From Pseudomonadota bacterium (lineage in GTDB: Bacteria > Bdellovibrionota_B > Oligoflexia > Oligoflexales > CAIYRB01): a stretch of DNA of 64,000 nt. The stretch spans positions 52,553 through 116,552 of the forward strand of contig JAPLFY010000031.1 in NCBI GenBank assembly GCA_026390435.1, written 5' to 3'. Position 1 is the first letter of the stretch; the number at the start of each line of letters is the position of its first letter. The position numbers were made by a program, and so were the translations under genes. Below the pieces are notes generated by a model. That model was not told where the DNA came from. It was given only the letters and a program-made list of their open reading frames with translations, and searched no databases. This document shows positions 10,301 through 17,862 of the stretch, piece after piece.

Positions 10301-10742
10301 GCATACCGATCTCGCGCATTTTGCGCGCAAAAAGATCACGGTCTTCCGTCATCTTTAATGTGGCTACCGAGGTTCCTAAGTTGAGGACATTATATTTAGC
10401 TAGAATATTAAGGTCATGCAGCGCGATGAGACAGTTAAGTGCCGTTTGGCCGCCAAATCCGGCAACGATCGCATCCGGATGTTCTGCCGCAATCACCTTC
10501 TCCACCCAATCAGCTTCCACTGGGTAGAGGTATACTTTTACGTTCTTCTCGGGATTAGTCTGCACCGTGGCGATATTGGGGTTCACCAATATGACTTCGC
10601 AGCCTTCTTCCAACAACGCTTTGACAGCCTGCGTTCCCGAGTAATCGAATTCACCCGCCTGACCTATAGATAGGCCCCCGGAACCAAGCAATAGGACCTT
10701 TGGGGCTCTACCTAGAGTTTTTAACTCTGACCGAAGTGGCAT
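7386..10742 (-). CDS. carB: Carbamoyl-phosphate synthase large subunit
   Basis: GSGGLSIGQAGEFDYSG, EINARLSRSSALASKA, duplicated ATP-grasp halves, C-terminal MGS-like domain. Confidence 0.97.
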   Translation of the reverse strand: MPLRSELKTLGRAPKVLLLGSGGLSIGQAGEFDYSGTQAVKALLEEGCEVILVNPNIATVQTNPEKNVKVYLYPVEADWVEKVIAAEHPDAIVAGFGGQTALNCLIALHDLNILAKYNVLNLGTSVATLKMTEDRDLFARKMREIGMPVPSSKAVTTLVAAEKAAADIGYPVIVRAAYALGGLGSGFASNAKELAALVVPALANSPQVLVEKSLKGWKEVEYEVMRDGEGNIITICNMENFDPLGIHTGDSIVVCPSQTLSDDEYQILRNAAQQIVEACAIVGECNVQYALDPFSHQFFVIEINARLSRSSALASKASGYPIAYVAAKVVLGHDLLELINPVTGVTYAYFEPALDYVTIKVPRWDLVKFRGASRLLGSTMKSVGEVMAIGRSFPEAIQKAIRMVTEHGEGLSAFSQTSESELAAALANPTDTRFYAVLNALRHSWDIEKIHALTAIDKWFLANLREITALEQRVSEAAGRTTHHGDDQAYLNAVFGELDAPMWRRLKSAGFGDEQIAALALKASNENSENLKQNLPVKLSEKRVQIGSRVVRELRKQKGVVPLIKKIDTTAGEYPSPSNYLYMSYVGMFSDQLPDDGKKPIVVLGSGAYRIGTSVEFDWCAVSCSRELQKAGWRSVIINCNPETVSTDYNSSDRLYFEEMTLERILDICEVEQPTGVIACMGGQLPNKLALPLAAAGVRLLGHSPETIDKAENRSLFSAILDKLGIDQPRWVAATTQADVEKFISEVGFPVLIRPSYVLSGAAMRVAFDSESLAQSLALAVDISTDYPVVISEFLLGAREIELDGVAKDGEILTAVVSEHIENAGVHSGDATMVVPAQRLYVETVRRVRVAARLIARGLNLNGPFNIQFLARQNHIKVIECNARAARSFPFVSKVVGLNLADAATASIIGEKPALLRFPEEDLPHVGVKAPMFSFTRLAGADPVLGVEMASTGEVGCIGRSFEEALLLSLEAAKCRRPKKGVLVSAGPESEKLKFLECASFFTKMQLPLYATAGTADYLEKHGFAVERLAWPAEGAEDGPVDVIRVIKEGLVDLVINVPKALHHQELSYGAQIRQAAVQFGCSLLTNMETTIAFAQALGRYPDFASSHEVIALPPYRS

Positions 10743-11881
10743 TAGGTCATTACCTCGTTCACAAATTGGTCAAGAATCCAGCCAGTGTCCCGCGGCCCAC
10801 CGGCAGCCTCTGGATGAAACTGCACACTGCGAAACGGCTTAATTTTGTGGCGGATGCCCTCTATAGTCTGATCATTAGCATTGCGGAACCAGGGCTCCCA
10901 CGCTTCCGGCAAGCTATGTTCATCGACTACATAGCCGTGATTCTGACTGGTGATACAACCACGCCGAGTATTTACCTGATAGACAGGCTGATTATGACTG
11001 CGATGCCCGTACTGCATGCGCAAAGTCTTCGCACCAGCCGCTAGTGCTAGAATCTGATGGCCGAGACAAATCCCTAGAATCGGTCTGTCGCCTTCGATGA
11101 GTTGGGCAACCTGATTGCGTAAATTACCGGTGCGCATAGGATCACCCGGCCCATTACTCAGCAACCAAGCACCGCAATCGACACTCGCTAGGTTAGTGTC
11201 CCAGGGCAGCAACTCCACCTCGCAGCCCCGCTCCAACAATTGTCGGATGATGTTCCACTTCACACCGCAGTCGACTAAGCCGATCCGCACTTTACCCTTG
11301 CCGAGTAGCCGACGCTCTTTGACCGAGACGGCATCAACTATGTCGTGCTGACTTGGATCGAAAAACCCCTCACTAGCGACTGCTGTCAACTTTGGACCGT
11401 AGTCGCGAGTGCCAGATGATTCGCCAGGGATTACCCTGCCGAGCAAATTAGGCGCCTGTCTGATCAGATGCACTAAATGACGCGTATCAAGGCCTACAAT
11501 TCCGGGCACCCCTTGCTGGGCTAGCCAAGTATGCAATGACTGAAAGCTATTCCAATGAAAGGCCTCTGGGCTGTCGATCGCTAAGATGACGGCCGCAGCA
11601 TTCACGCGCTCACTTTCGAAGCCATGCGGGATCGGCAGCTCTAATGCCCTTGGTAAGGATGGGATCCCGTAATTACCAATCAGTGGGTAGGTGAACACAA
11701 GAATTTGGCCAAAGTACGAAGGATCCGTCATGGCCTCGCTATAGCCAACCATACCTGTCGTAAAAACCATCTGACCACTGGCTTGAAGCGGTGCACCGAT
11801 CAAATTACCGGTGAATCTCCCACCATCTGATAGCATCAGGGTGCATTGTTGGCGGTCGTCTTTGGGACCCTTAAAAGACAT
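10742..11881 (-). CDS. carA: Carbamoyl-phosphate synthase small (glutaminase) subunit
   Basis: TDPSY, SNGPGDP, GICLGHQ (catalytic Cys), SQNHG, QFHPEA; TAATG stop/start overlap with carB. Confidence 0.97.
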   Translation of the reverse strand: MSFKGPKDDRQQCTLMLSDGGRFTGNLIGAPLQASGQMVFTTGMVGYSEAMTDPSYFGQILVFTYPLIGNYGIPSLPRALELPIPHGFESERVNAAAVILAIDSPEAFHWNSFQSLHTWLAQQGVPGIVGLDTRHLVHLIRQAPNLLGRVIPGESSGTRDYGPKLTAVASEGFFDPSQHDIVDAVSVKERRLLGKGKVRIGLVDCGVKWNIIRQLLERGCEVELLPWDTNLASVDCGAWLLSNGPGDPMRTGNLRNQVAQLIEGDRPILGICLGHQILALAAGAKTLRMQYGHRSHNQPVYQVNTRRGCITSQNHGYVVDEHSLPEAWEPWFRNANDQTIEGIRHKIKPFRSVQFHPEAAGGPRDTGWILDQFVNEVMT

Positions 11882-12126
11882 AGCAGGATGTCCTCACAGT
11901 GAGCGGCCAAAGATGGCCCGGTCCTATCTGGATTGGATGCAACTTATAATGGCTAAGGCAGCACCGCGCCACAGAAAAAGTGCTTAAGGATAGGCTTCAT
12001 CTCGAATCATGGTGATAAATAGAGGTTTCGCAGCTTAATTAATTAATTTATTTAAACACTGAGGCTTAATAACACATTAGAGAGCAACTGCGGTCCAAGA
12101 CCCGATTGCACTCAAGCGAGGTTCTC

Positions 12127-13305
12127 ATGACAGAGCAAACTCTAATCCTCTATTCGAAACGCACACCACTTGGGAAATTAAGCGGCTCTTTGTCCACGGT
12201 ACCCGCGCCAAAGCTAGCTGCGCCACTGATCAAAGATGCTCTCCAAAGCACAGGGCTCAAGCCAGAAGAAGTAGATGAGATTATTATGGGCTGCGTGCTA
12301 CCGGCTGGCATTGGCCAAGCACCCGCACGCCAAGCAGCAATCTACGGCGGACTTCCGAAATCCGTCTGCGCTACAACAATAAATCGCGTCTGCGGCTCAG
12401 GACTTAAAGCGGTCATGCTGGCAGATCAAGCGATCCGTTCCGGCGATGCACGAGTCGTATTTGCAGGTGGCATGGAGAGCATGTCGCTGGCACCTCACCT
12501 ACTTCCTGGCAGTCGCCAAGGATACAAATTTGGCACCGTAGAATTACAAGACCACATGCAGTTTGACGGCTTGTGGGATCCATACGGCAACAAAGCTATG
12601 GGAAACTTCGGAGACCTCTGTGCCAAGGACTTTGGTTTCAGCCGGGAAGCCCAGGATCAATTTGCCACCCAAAGCTATCAGCGTGCGCGCCTGGCCATCG
12701 AGTCTGGGCACTTTGCCCGCGAGATCGTGCCGGTCGAAGTTGTCAGCAAAAAAGGCAGCATAGTTGTCGATAAAGACGAGCAACCGTTTTCCGTAGATCT
12801 GGCAAAACTAGCAAGTTTACGCCCAGCTTTTGAACGCGACGGTACCGTCACTGCTGGCAACGCGTCCTCCATCAATGATGGCGCAGCTCTATGCGTTGTC
12901 ACAGCTGAAAGCTTCGCTATAGCGAATGCTTTGAAGCCAATTGCACGCATAGTCGCTCAGGCTTCACACGCGCAAGAACCAAGCTGGTTCACAACGGCAC
13001 CGATCGAATGCATACGCAAGGTACTGGCAAAGGCCAAATTAAAAACCACTGATATCGATCTTTTTGAGATCAATGAAGCTTTCGCCGTCGTCACTATGGC
13101 AGCGATCAAAGAGCTTGAACTAGACCCATCAAAGGTCAATGTCCACGGCGGTGCTGTCGCCCTCGGTCACCCGATCGGTGCCAGTGGTGCTCGCGTTTTG
13201 GCTACGCTGATCCACGGCCTTAAGGCTGCTGGCAAAAAACGTGGGTTATGCGCTCTCTGTATTGGGGGCGGCGAAGCTAGCGCGATCGTGATCGAATTAC
13301 TCTAA
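12127..13305 (+). CDS. atoB: Acetyl-CoA C-acetyltransferase (thiolase)
   Basis: NRVCGSG, NEAFA, GHPIGASG and CIGGG thiolase motifs; start moved to ATG 12127. Confidence 0.92.
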   Translation: MTEQTLILYSKRTPLGKLSGSLSTVPAPKLAAPLIKDALQSTGLKPEEVDEIIMGCVLPAGIGQAPARQAAIYGGLPKSVCATTINRVCGSGLKAVMLADQAIRSGDARVVFAGGMESMSLAPHLLPGSRQGYKFGTVELQDHMQFDGLWDPYGNKAMGNFGDLCAKDFGFSREAQDQFATQSYQRARLAIESGHFAREIVPVEVVSKKGSIVVDKDEQPFSVDLAKLASLRPAFERDGTVTAGNASSINDGAALCVVTAESFAIANALKPIARIVAQASHAQEPSWFTTAPIECIRKVLAKAKLKTTDIDLFEINEAFAVVTMAAIKELELDPSKVNVHGGAVALGHPIGASGARVLATLIHGLKAAGKKRGLCALCIGGGEASAIVIELL

Positions 13306-13328
13306 AATATCTATCGCTTTGGCTTCGA

Positions 13329-13529
13329 TTACAAAGTCTGAATGATTGCATCCATGAGCGAGTTTCGCACTTGCTCGGTACCTTGTTTATTATTCGCGGG
13401 CAGTTCGGCACCAGAGCCGAATTGCCGGCTGCGCACTTCCGCCAGGAAAATAGAGCAGCAGACCTTGCATGAAAGTACAGGGGAAGCAGCTCCGTCGTAT
13501 TCAGGATGGCGTATGCAGACCAAATTCAT
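13329..13529 (-). CDS. Small Cys/His-rich hypothetical protein (possible metal-binding)
   Basis: 66 aa, C-x2-H-P-x-Y-x9-C-x2-CC; GGAG Shine-Dalgarno before ATG 13529; fills the gap between two genes. Confidence 0.6.
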   Translation of the reverse strand: MNLVCIRHPEYDGAASPVLSCKVCCSIFLAEVRSRQFGSGAELPANNKQGTEQVRNSLMDAIIQTL

Positions 13530-13613
13530 ACAAAACTCCACTACTGTGTCTCAGTTCAGATTCAGGCAGAAGCAACTACTTGACCGCTGCAGGAAGCGTG
13601 CCGCTCTTCCGAA

Positions 13614-15395
13614 CTAAGACGCCAATGGATTTCTGCTTTCATCACGATGGTTTAGCAGCTTATCCAGGAGCCGCTTAGCAAACCGCCTGTATAAACGCTG
13701 AGCAATTGGAGCATCCCTATCCAATAGTTTCAAAAATGCAGACCGGTCGACAATCCGGATTTCCGAATCCCTGACCGCCACAAAATGGACCGCACTGGGA
13801 GTATCAGCAAGCAGCCACAATTCCCCAAAGGAGTCGGCTGCTGCCATCTGATCGATGTAAGCTTCTTTATCGCCAATGCGGCGATAACAACTAACTGAGC
13901 CTTTCAAAATTACATAGATGCCCCGAGGGTCGTCGTTATAATTCAAAATCGACTCCCCGGCGTTAAACTTTAAAGTAAAGCCAATGCTCCACAAGGCACC
14001 AGTTTGCTCCGAACTAAGCTCCGCACATAGAGACGCCTTCTGAAACGAAGATCGACCATCGTCCTCCCGGGCAGCCTCTATGCTGGGAGATAATACCGCC
14101 ACTTGTTTAGGAGCCGGCAAGGGAGGCGATAAATTAAGCAGTTGCGGAGGTGCCACAGGTAAACTCTCTGGTACCTTTAGGGACTCAGGCTTTCCTGTGA
14201 GGACGTCTTCTAGACTTCTGCGACCATCTTCCGTCAAATCAGATAGCGCGAATTCGGCGAGTGTTGGCCTAACATTTACTGGCTGGGGCAGTGCCGAGGT
14301 ATGGTTTGTATTTGCTTTCGGAGTGCCTATTTTCGGCATCTCCGGCATGACTCGCGACGCCCTGCCTTTGCCGGAAACGCCATGTCGCTCATAGCAATAC
14401 TGGGCTCGCTGCATATCGTTTGCCTTTTCAAAGGCAACAGCTGCTTTGTCAAAGACCAAAAGCTGCTCATAAACATTTCCGGCATAGTTATGATGGCCCG
14501 ATGCCACCAGTATCTCCGCGAGTAAGTGCGCGCTCTGGTCACGGTAATTGATCTCGCTCATGACTTGCGGAATTATGTCAGACTTTACGCTCTTAATTAA
14601 CTCAGCGGCCTGCTTACTCATCCCTTGCTCTAATTGCTTTATAATAACGCCGACAAGTCGGCCGTGAGTCTTAAGTATCTGAGCCAAATTAATATCTGAA
14701 CGGCCTTCACTGAGATACGCTGCAATCTGCTGTAACTCTGATGTACGCAAATCGAGCGGTTTAGAATTTGAATTCTTTGTCGCAGCTCGCGCGAATGCCG
14801 ACATCGCTCTTTGCGATTGCGAGGCCAACAAAAATAATCTTGCGCCACGCAAGTTATCGCCCAGTTCCTCACAACATTCGGCCGCATCGGTATAACGCTG
14901 AGCTTTTTCAAAAAATTCACTTGCCATCGCTAAATCACCGAATTCGCGAGCGCACTTCGCTACCTCAGCTGGCATGTTAGCCATCTTAAAACACTGCGCA
15001 GCGTGCTCCCACAGTCCATGCCGAGCATAGATGACCCCAGCACGATTATGCCGCTGCATTCGCATAAGCATCTTTGCTGCATCGTGGATAAATCCGTGAT
15101 CCTCGAGCACCTGGATCGCTTCACGCTGCATGCTTAATTGTTCAAGTATAGTCGCAGCTGCGGGCACTTTGCCCTGCTCAAGCAACTTTTGAGCTTCGTT
15201 ATAAAGCTTCCTGCCGAGTCGACTGAGCGTGCGAGTGTCGCTAGACCTTTGACCATGCGAATCCGAACCCGCCGGAGCCCTCCGACGACCGCGCGACTTC
15301 ACACCACGGACATTTGATATTTGCCACAATGAAGCAAAAATGCAGGCTACCGCGATAGTGAGCGCAACTGCGATTTTAATTGATACTGGCAACAC
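13614..15395 (-). CDS. Membrane-anchored TPR-like repeat protein with C-terminal cyclic-nucleotide-binding domain
   Basis: N-terminal TM helix, helical repeats (AAQCFKMAN, AAECCEELGD), Pro-rich linker, cNMP fold (GIYVILKGSV...FGELWLL...IVDRSAFLKLL); GTG start with GGGAG RBS. Confidence 0.8.
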   Translation of the reverse strand: MLPVSIKIAVALTIAVACIFASLWQISNVRGVKSRGRRRAPAGSDSHGQRSSDTRTLSRLGRKLYNEAQKLLEQGKVPAAATILEQLSMQREAIQVLEDHGFIHDAAKMLMRMQRHNRAGVIYARHGLWEHAAQCFKMANMPAEVAKCAREFGDLAMASEFFEKAQRYTDAAECCEELGDNLRGARLFLLASQSQRAMSAFARAATKNSNSKPLDLRTSELQQIAAYLSEGRSDINLAQILKTHGRLVGVIIKQLEQGMSKQAAELIKSVKSDIIPQVMSEINYRDQSAHLLAEILVASGHHNYAGNVYEQLLVFDKAAVAFEKANDMQRAQYCYERHGVSGKGRASRVMPEMPKIGTPKANTNHTSALPQPVNVRPTLAEFALSDLTEDGRRSLEDVLTGKPESLKVPESLPVAPPQLLNLSPPLPAPKQVAVLSPSIEAAREDDGRSSFQKASLCAELSSEQTGALWSIGFTLKFNAGESILNYNDDPRGIYVILKGSVSCYRRIGDKEAYIDQMAAADSFGELWLLADTPSAVHFVAVRDSEIRIVDRSAFLKLLDRDAPIAQRLYRRFAKRLLDKLLNHRDESRNPLAS

Positions 15396-15429
15396 TAGCT
15401 CCCTATGAGGACAAGGATCCCCATAAGGC

Positions 15430-15456
15430 GTATCGGAAAAGATGGCACTAGATTGA
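15430..15456 (-). promoter_or_regulatory. Candidate sigma28 (FliA) promoter TCAA-N15-TCCGATAC
   Basis: Matches the TAAA-N15-GCCGATAA geometry; 35 nt upstream of the GTG at 15395. Confidence 0.4.
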
Positions 15457-15491
15457 GCAGCTTATCGAGATTGCTCTCAAACTAACCAGGC

Positions 15492-16157
15492 TTATTTGAG
15501 TTGGTAAGTTATACCAACTGTATTCTTTTTGTCCCACATCATCCTCGGCTTATCGTCACCTGGACGCATCGTCACGCCAGGAGATGCCTGGGTATTTAGC
15601 TTAAGAGAAAAGTCGCGATTCAACTTCAAAACCAAACCTGCACCCAGGCTAACCGAAGGGGGCGTTTGACCTTGGCGCTCCTCAATGAGGCCGTCGTTTA
15701 CCTGTGTCGAGAATGTGTACTTTTTCACTACACCACCGACTGTAATGTAAGGCATGACAACATCGCCTGACCAAAGTATGAGTGTGAATCCAAATCCTCT
15801 TTCGGTAACTACAGATCTATTGATCACAGCAAAGCACGAGCCAAGAGTTGGACACGTTGGATTCGCCGAATCAGCCAGTGCAGCGCTAGAGGTATTCTCT
15901 ACAGGCTGATAGATAGCGGAGCTACTTACCTGCAGGCCATAATTCAAACCAAAGCGAATATATTGACCTAGATCTAAATCGATACCAGCCGTGCCATACT
16001 GCATCGTTGTAATTTGCAACGGCACATTCGTGGTAGATGTCGAAATCGACCCTGTCACTGTAATCGCTGCCAGTGCAGGTTCTGCTAAAATGAAAATCCA
16101 CGTCACTGCTAGCAGAGAGACATTGAACCACGAGCGGATAAGCTTGATGGGCTTCAT
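15492..16157 (-). CDS. Secreted protein, probable outer-membrane beta-barrel
   Basis: Signal peptide ending PALA; alternating beta-strand pattern; C-terminal VGITYQLK. Confidence 0.6.
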   Translation of the reverse strand: MKPIKLIRSWFNVSLLAVTWIFILAEPALAAITVTGSISTSTTNVPLQITTMQYGTAGIDLDLGQYIRFGLNYGLQVSSSAIYQPVENTSSAALADSANPTCPTLGSCFAVINRSVVTERGFGFTLILWSGDVVMPYITVGGVVKKYTFSTQVNDGLIEERQGQTPPSVSLGAGLVLKLNRDFSLKLNTQASPGVTMRPGDDKPRMMWDKKNTVGITYQLK

Positions 16158-16235
16158 AGGCGTGACTCTTGTGATTTGGCTTGATGGTGGCGGGGGGCTG
16201 TCCTGTAGAGGCCGGTTAAGTTATTATATCATGAG

Positions 16236-16727
16236 GTGAGACCCGAGGACGTAGTTACAAGAGGTATTCCGTTGGAATCTGTATACAGACCATGTGTTCT
16301 TGCCGTGATCACCAATCGCGACGGTTTAGTCCTTGTCGGAGAGCGAATGGAACCGCCAGGATCTTGGCAGTTCCCACAAGGAGGCATCGATACCGGCGAA
16401 TCTGCGGAGAGTGCCGTCAAGCGGGAGATCCTAGAAGAGATTGGCATGGCGGATTCCGTCATAGTCGGTCGCAGCGAATCGCCTATTAGATATGACTTCC
16501 CAGCTAACGTGAGTGGCCCGTTAGCAAATAAATTTAAGGGCCAAGACCAAATCTGGTTTCACCTCAGACTAGTCGCAGGACACGAACCGTCCTTAGCACG
16601 AGCTAGTGATAAGGAGTTCCGCGCTTTGGCTTGGGTCACAGTGGCTGAAGCGCTGCGACGCGTCGTACCCTTCAAGTTCGAGGCTTATCGGCATGGGCTG
16701 ATGGCACTCGGCCTATTAGCTAAGTAG
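16236..16727 (+). CDS. rppH: RNA pyrophosphohydrolase (Nudix)
   Basis: YRP N-terminus, WQFPQGGIDTGESAESAVKREILEEIG Nudix box, YDFP, GQDQIWF, VPFK. Confidence 0.88.
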   Translation: MRPEDVVTRGIPLESVYRPCVLAVITNRDGLVLVGERMEPPGSWQFPQGGIDTGESAESAVKREILEEIGMADSVIVGRSESPIRYDFPANVSGPLANKFKGQDQIWFHLRLVAGHEPSLARASDKEFRALAWVTVAEALRRVVPFKFEAYRHGLMALGLLAK

Positions 16728-16739
16728 ACGGCCAAAACT

Positions 16740-17171
16740 ATGTCCAAGCTGTCAATTTACAATATGGCATTCGGATTTTGGTTGCTATTTCTGGCTGCCG
16801 CGGCCGGAGCCTTTATAGCTACCGACTTAACAGCCGGATATATCGCCGAAAGCGGATTTCGGGAAACTTGGGCGATGATGCTGACTAAAAGCGCACATGG
16901 CCATACTAACTTGTTTGCGCTACTCCACATCGCTTTCGGCCTAACGCTGCCGTACTCAACGCTGCCCTTGAAATGGAAAATAGCCCAGACTTTCGGCCTG
17001 ATGTGTGGTGCAGTAGCAATGGGAATTGGACTTCTAATTAGAGCGTCTAAGCCACCTAGCAACGAAACGGACCTTGTGGGAATCTGCGTAGGTATACTGC
17101 TCTCGGCAGCACTGGCTGCGATCTTCACACACGCAACCGGCCTCACAGCTAAGGCGCTGAAACGCTCCTAA
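16740..17171 (+). CDS. Four-TM membrane protein of unknown function
   Basis: Four hydrophobic segments; AHGH motif; 12 nt downstream of rppH. Confidence 0.7.
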   Translation: MSKLSIYNMAFGFWLLFLAAAAGAFIATDLTAGYIAESGFRETWAMMLTKSAHGHTNLFALLHIAFGLTLPYSTLPLKWKIAQTFGLMCGAVAMGIGLLIRASKPPSNETDLVGICVGILLSAALAAIFTHATGLTAKALKRS

Positions 17172-17178
17172 ACAGGAC

Positions 17179-17763
17179 TCAGCCGGCCTTTTTAACGAAG
17201 GCAAGTATACTCTTCGCCTCTTCGCCCTTATCGTTAGCGACCAAACGCTCAACTTTTCTCTTGCCACGCAAGACCTGACGCAACAACTTCCTGTCGCCTA
17301 AAAGCTCCGCTAACCTAACGAAGCTAGCACGCAGCTCCATCCCCCGATTAATAAAAGCATGAAGCTCATCAATCGAAAAAGGCTTCCGCAAGAACCCATC
17401 CGCTTCGCCCTCGGCATCGGTCTCTTGATCCGACGACAACATCGCCCCGCTTATCAGCAGGACAGGAATCCTTGGATCGTGACGCCTCACCTTGCGCATT
17501 AGCTGAAAGCCGTCGATTCGAGGCATCCGAATATCGCATAAGACTAAATCGATCTCTTTTTCTTTAAATGTAGCCACTGCTTCTTTGGCATTTTTGACTA
17601 CGATAACTTTGGAAAAGAACTTATTTAGGTGAATTTTGAAGAACTTAAGCAGGGTATTGTCATCGTCCACCACGAGAATGTAACTGATTCTGTCGTAGTT
17701 ACGTACACTACTGTTACCAATAGGAAGGTTACCCTCGTTATGTCCATGTTGATCCGACGTCAT
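17179..17763 (-). CDS. Response regulator (receiver domain plus short C-terminal extension)
   Basis: ILVVDD, DLVLCDIRMP, LLISG, FLRKPF; start moved to ATG 17763 with GAGGGG RBS. Confidence 0.9.
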   Translation of the reverse strand: MTSDQHGHNEGNLPIGNSSVRNYDRISYILVVDDDNTLLKFFKIHLNKFFSKVIVVKNAKEAVATFKEKEIDLVLCDIRMPRIDGFQLMRKVRRHDPRIPVLLISGAMLSSDQETDAEGEADGFLRKPFSIDELHAFINRGMELRASFVRLAELLGDRKLLRQVLRGKRKVERLVANDKGEEAKSILAFVKKAG

Positions 17764-17862
17764 TGACCCCTCGCTCAAAACAGCTCGAGTGCTCTTCGGA
17801 GGAAAAGCTAACAACTTAAGAAGGAAATCCCATCAAAACAATTATTCTCGTGAAATCAGCGA

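Noticed and set aside
11900-11990. Sigma54 promoter upstream of carA (TGGCGCGGTGCTGC)
   Set aside because: GG-to-GC spacing is 9 nt rather than the required 10.
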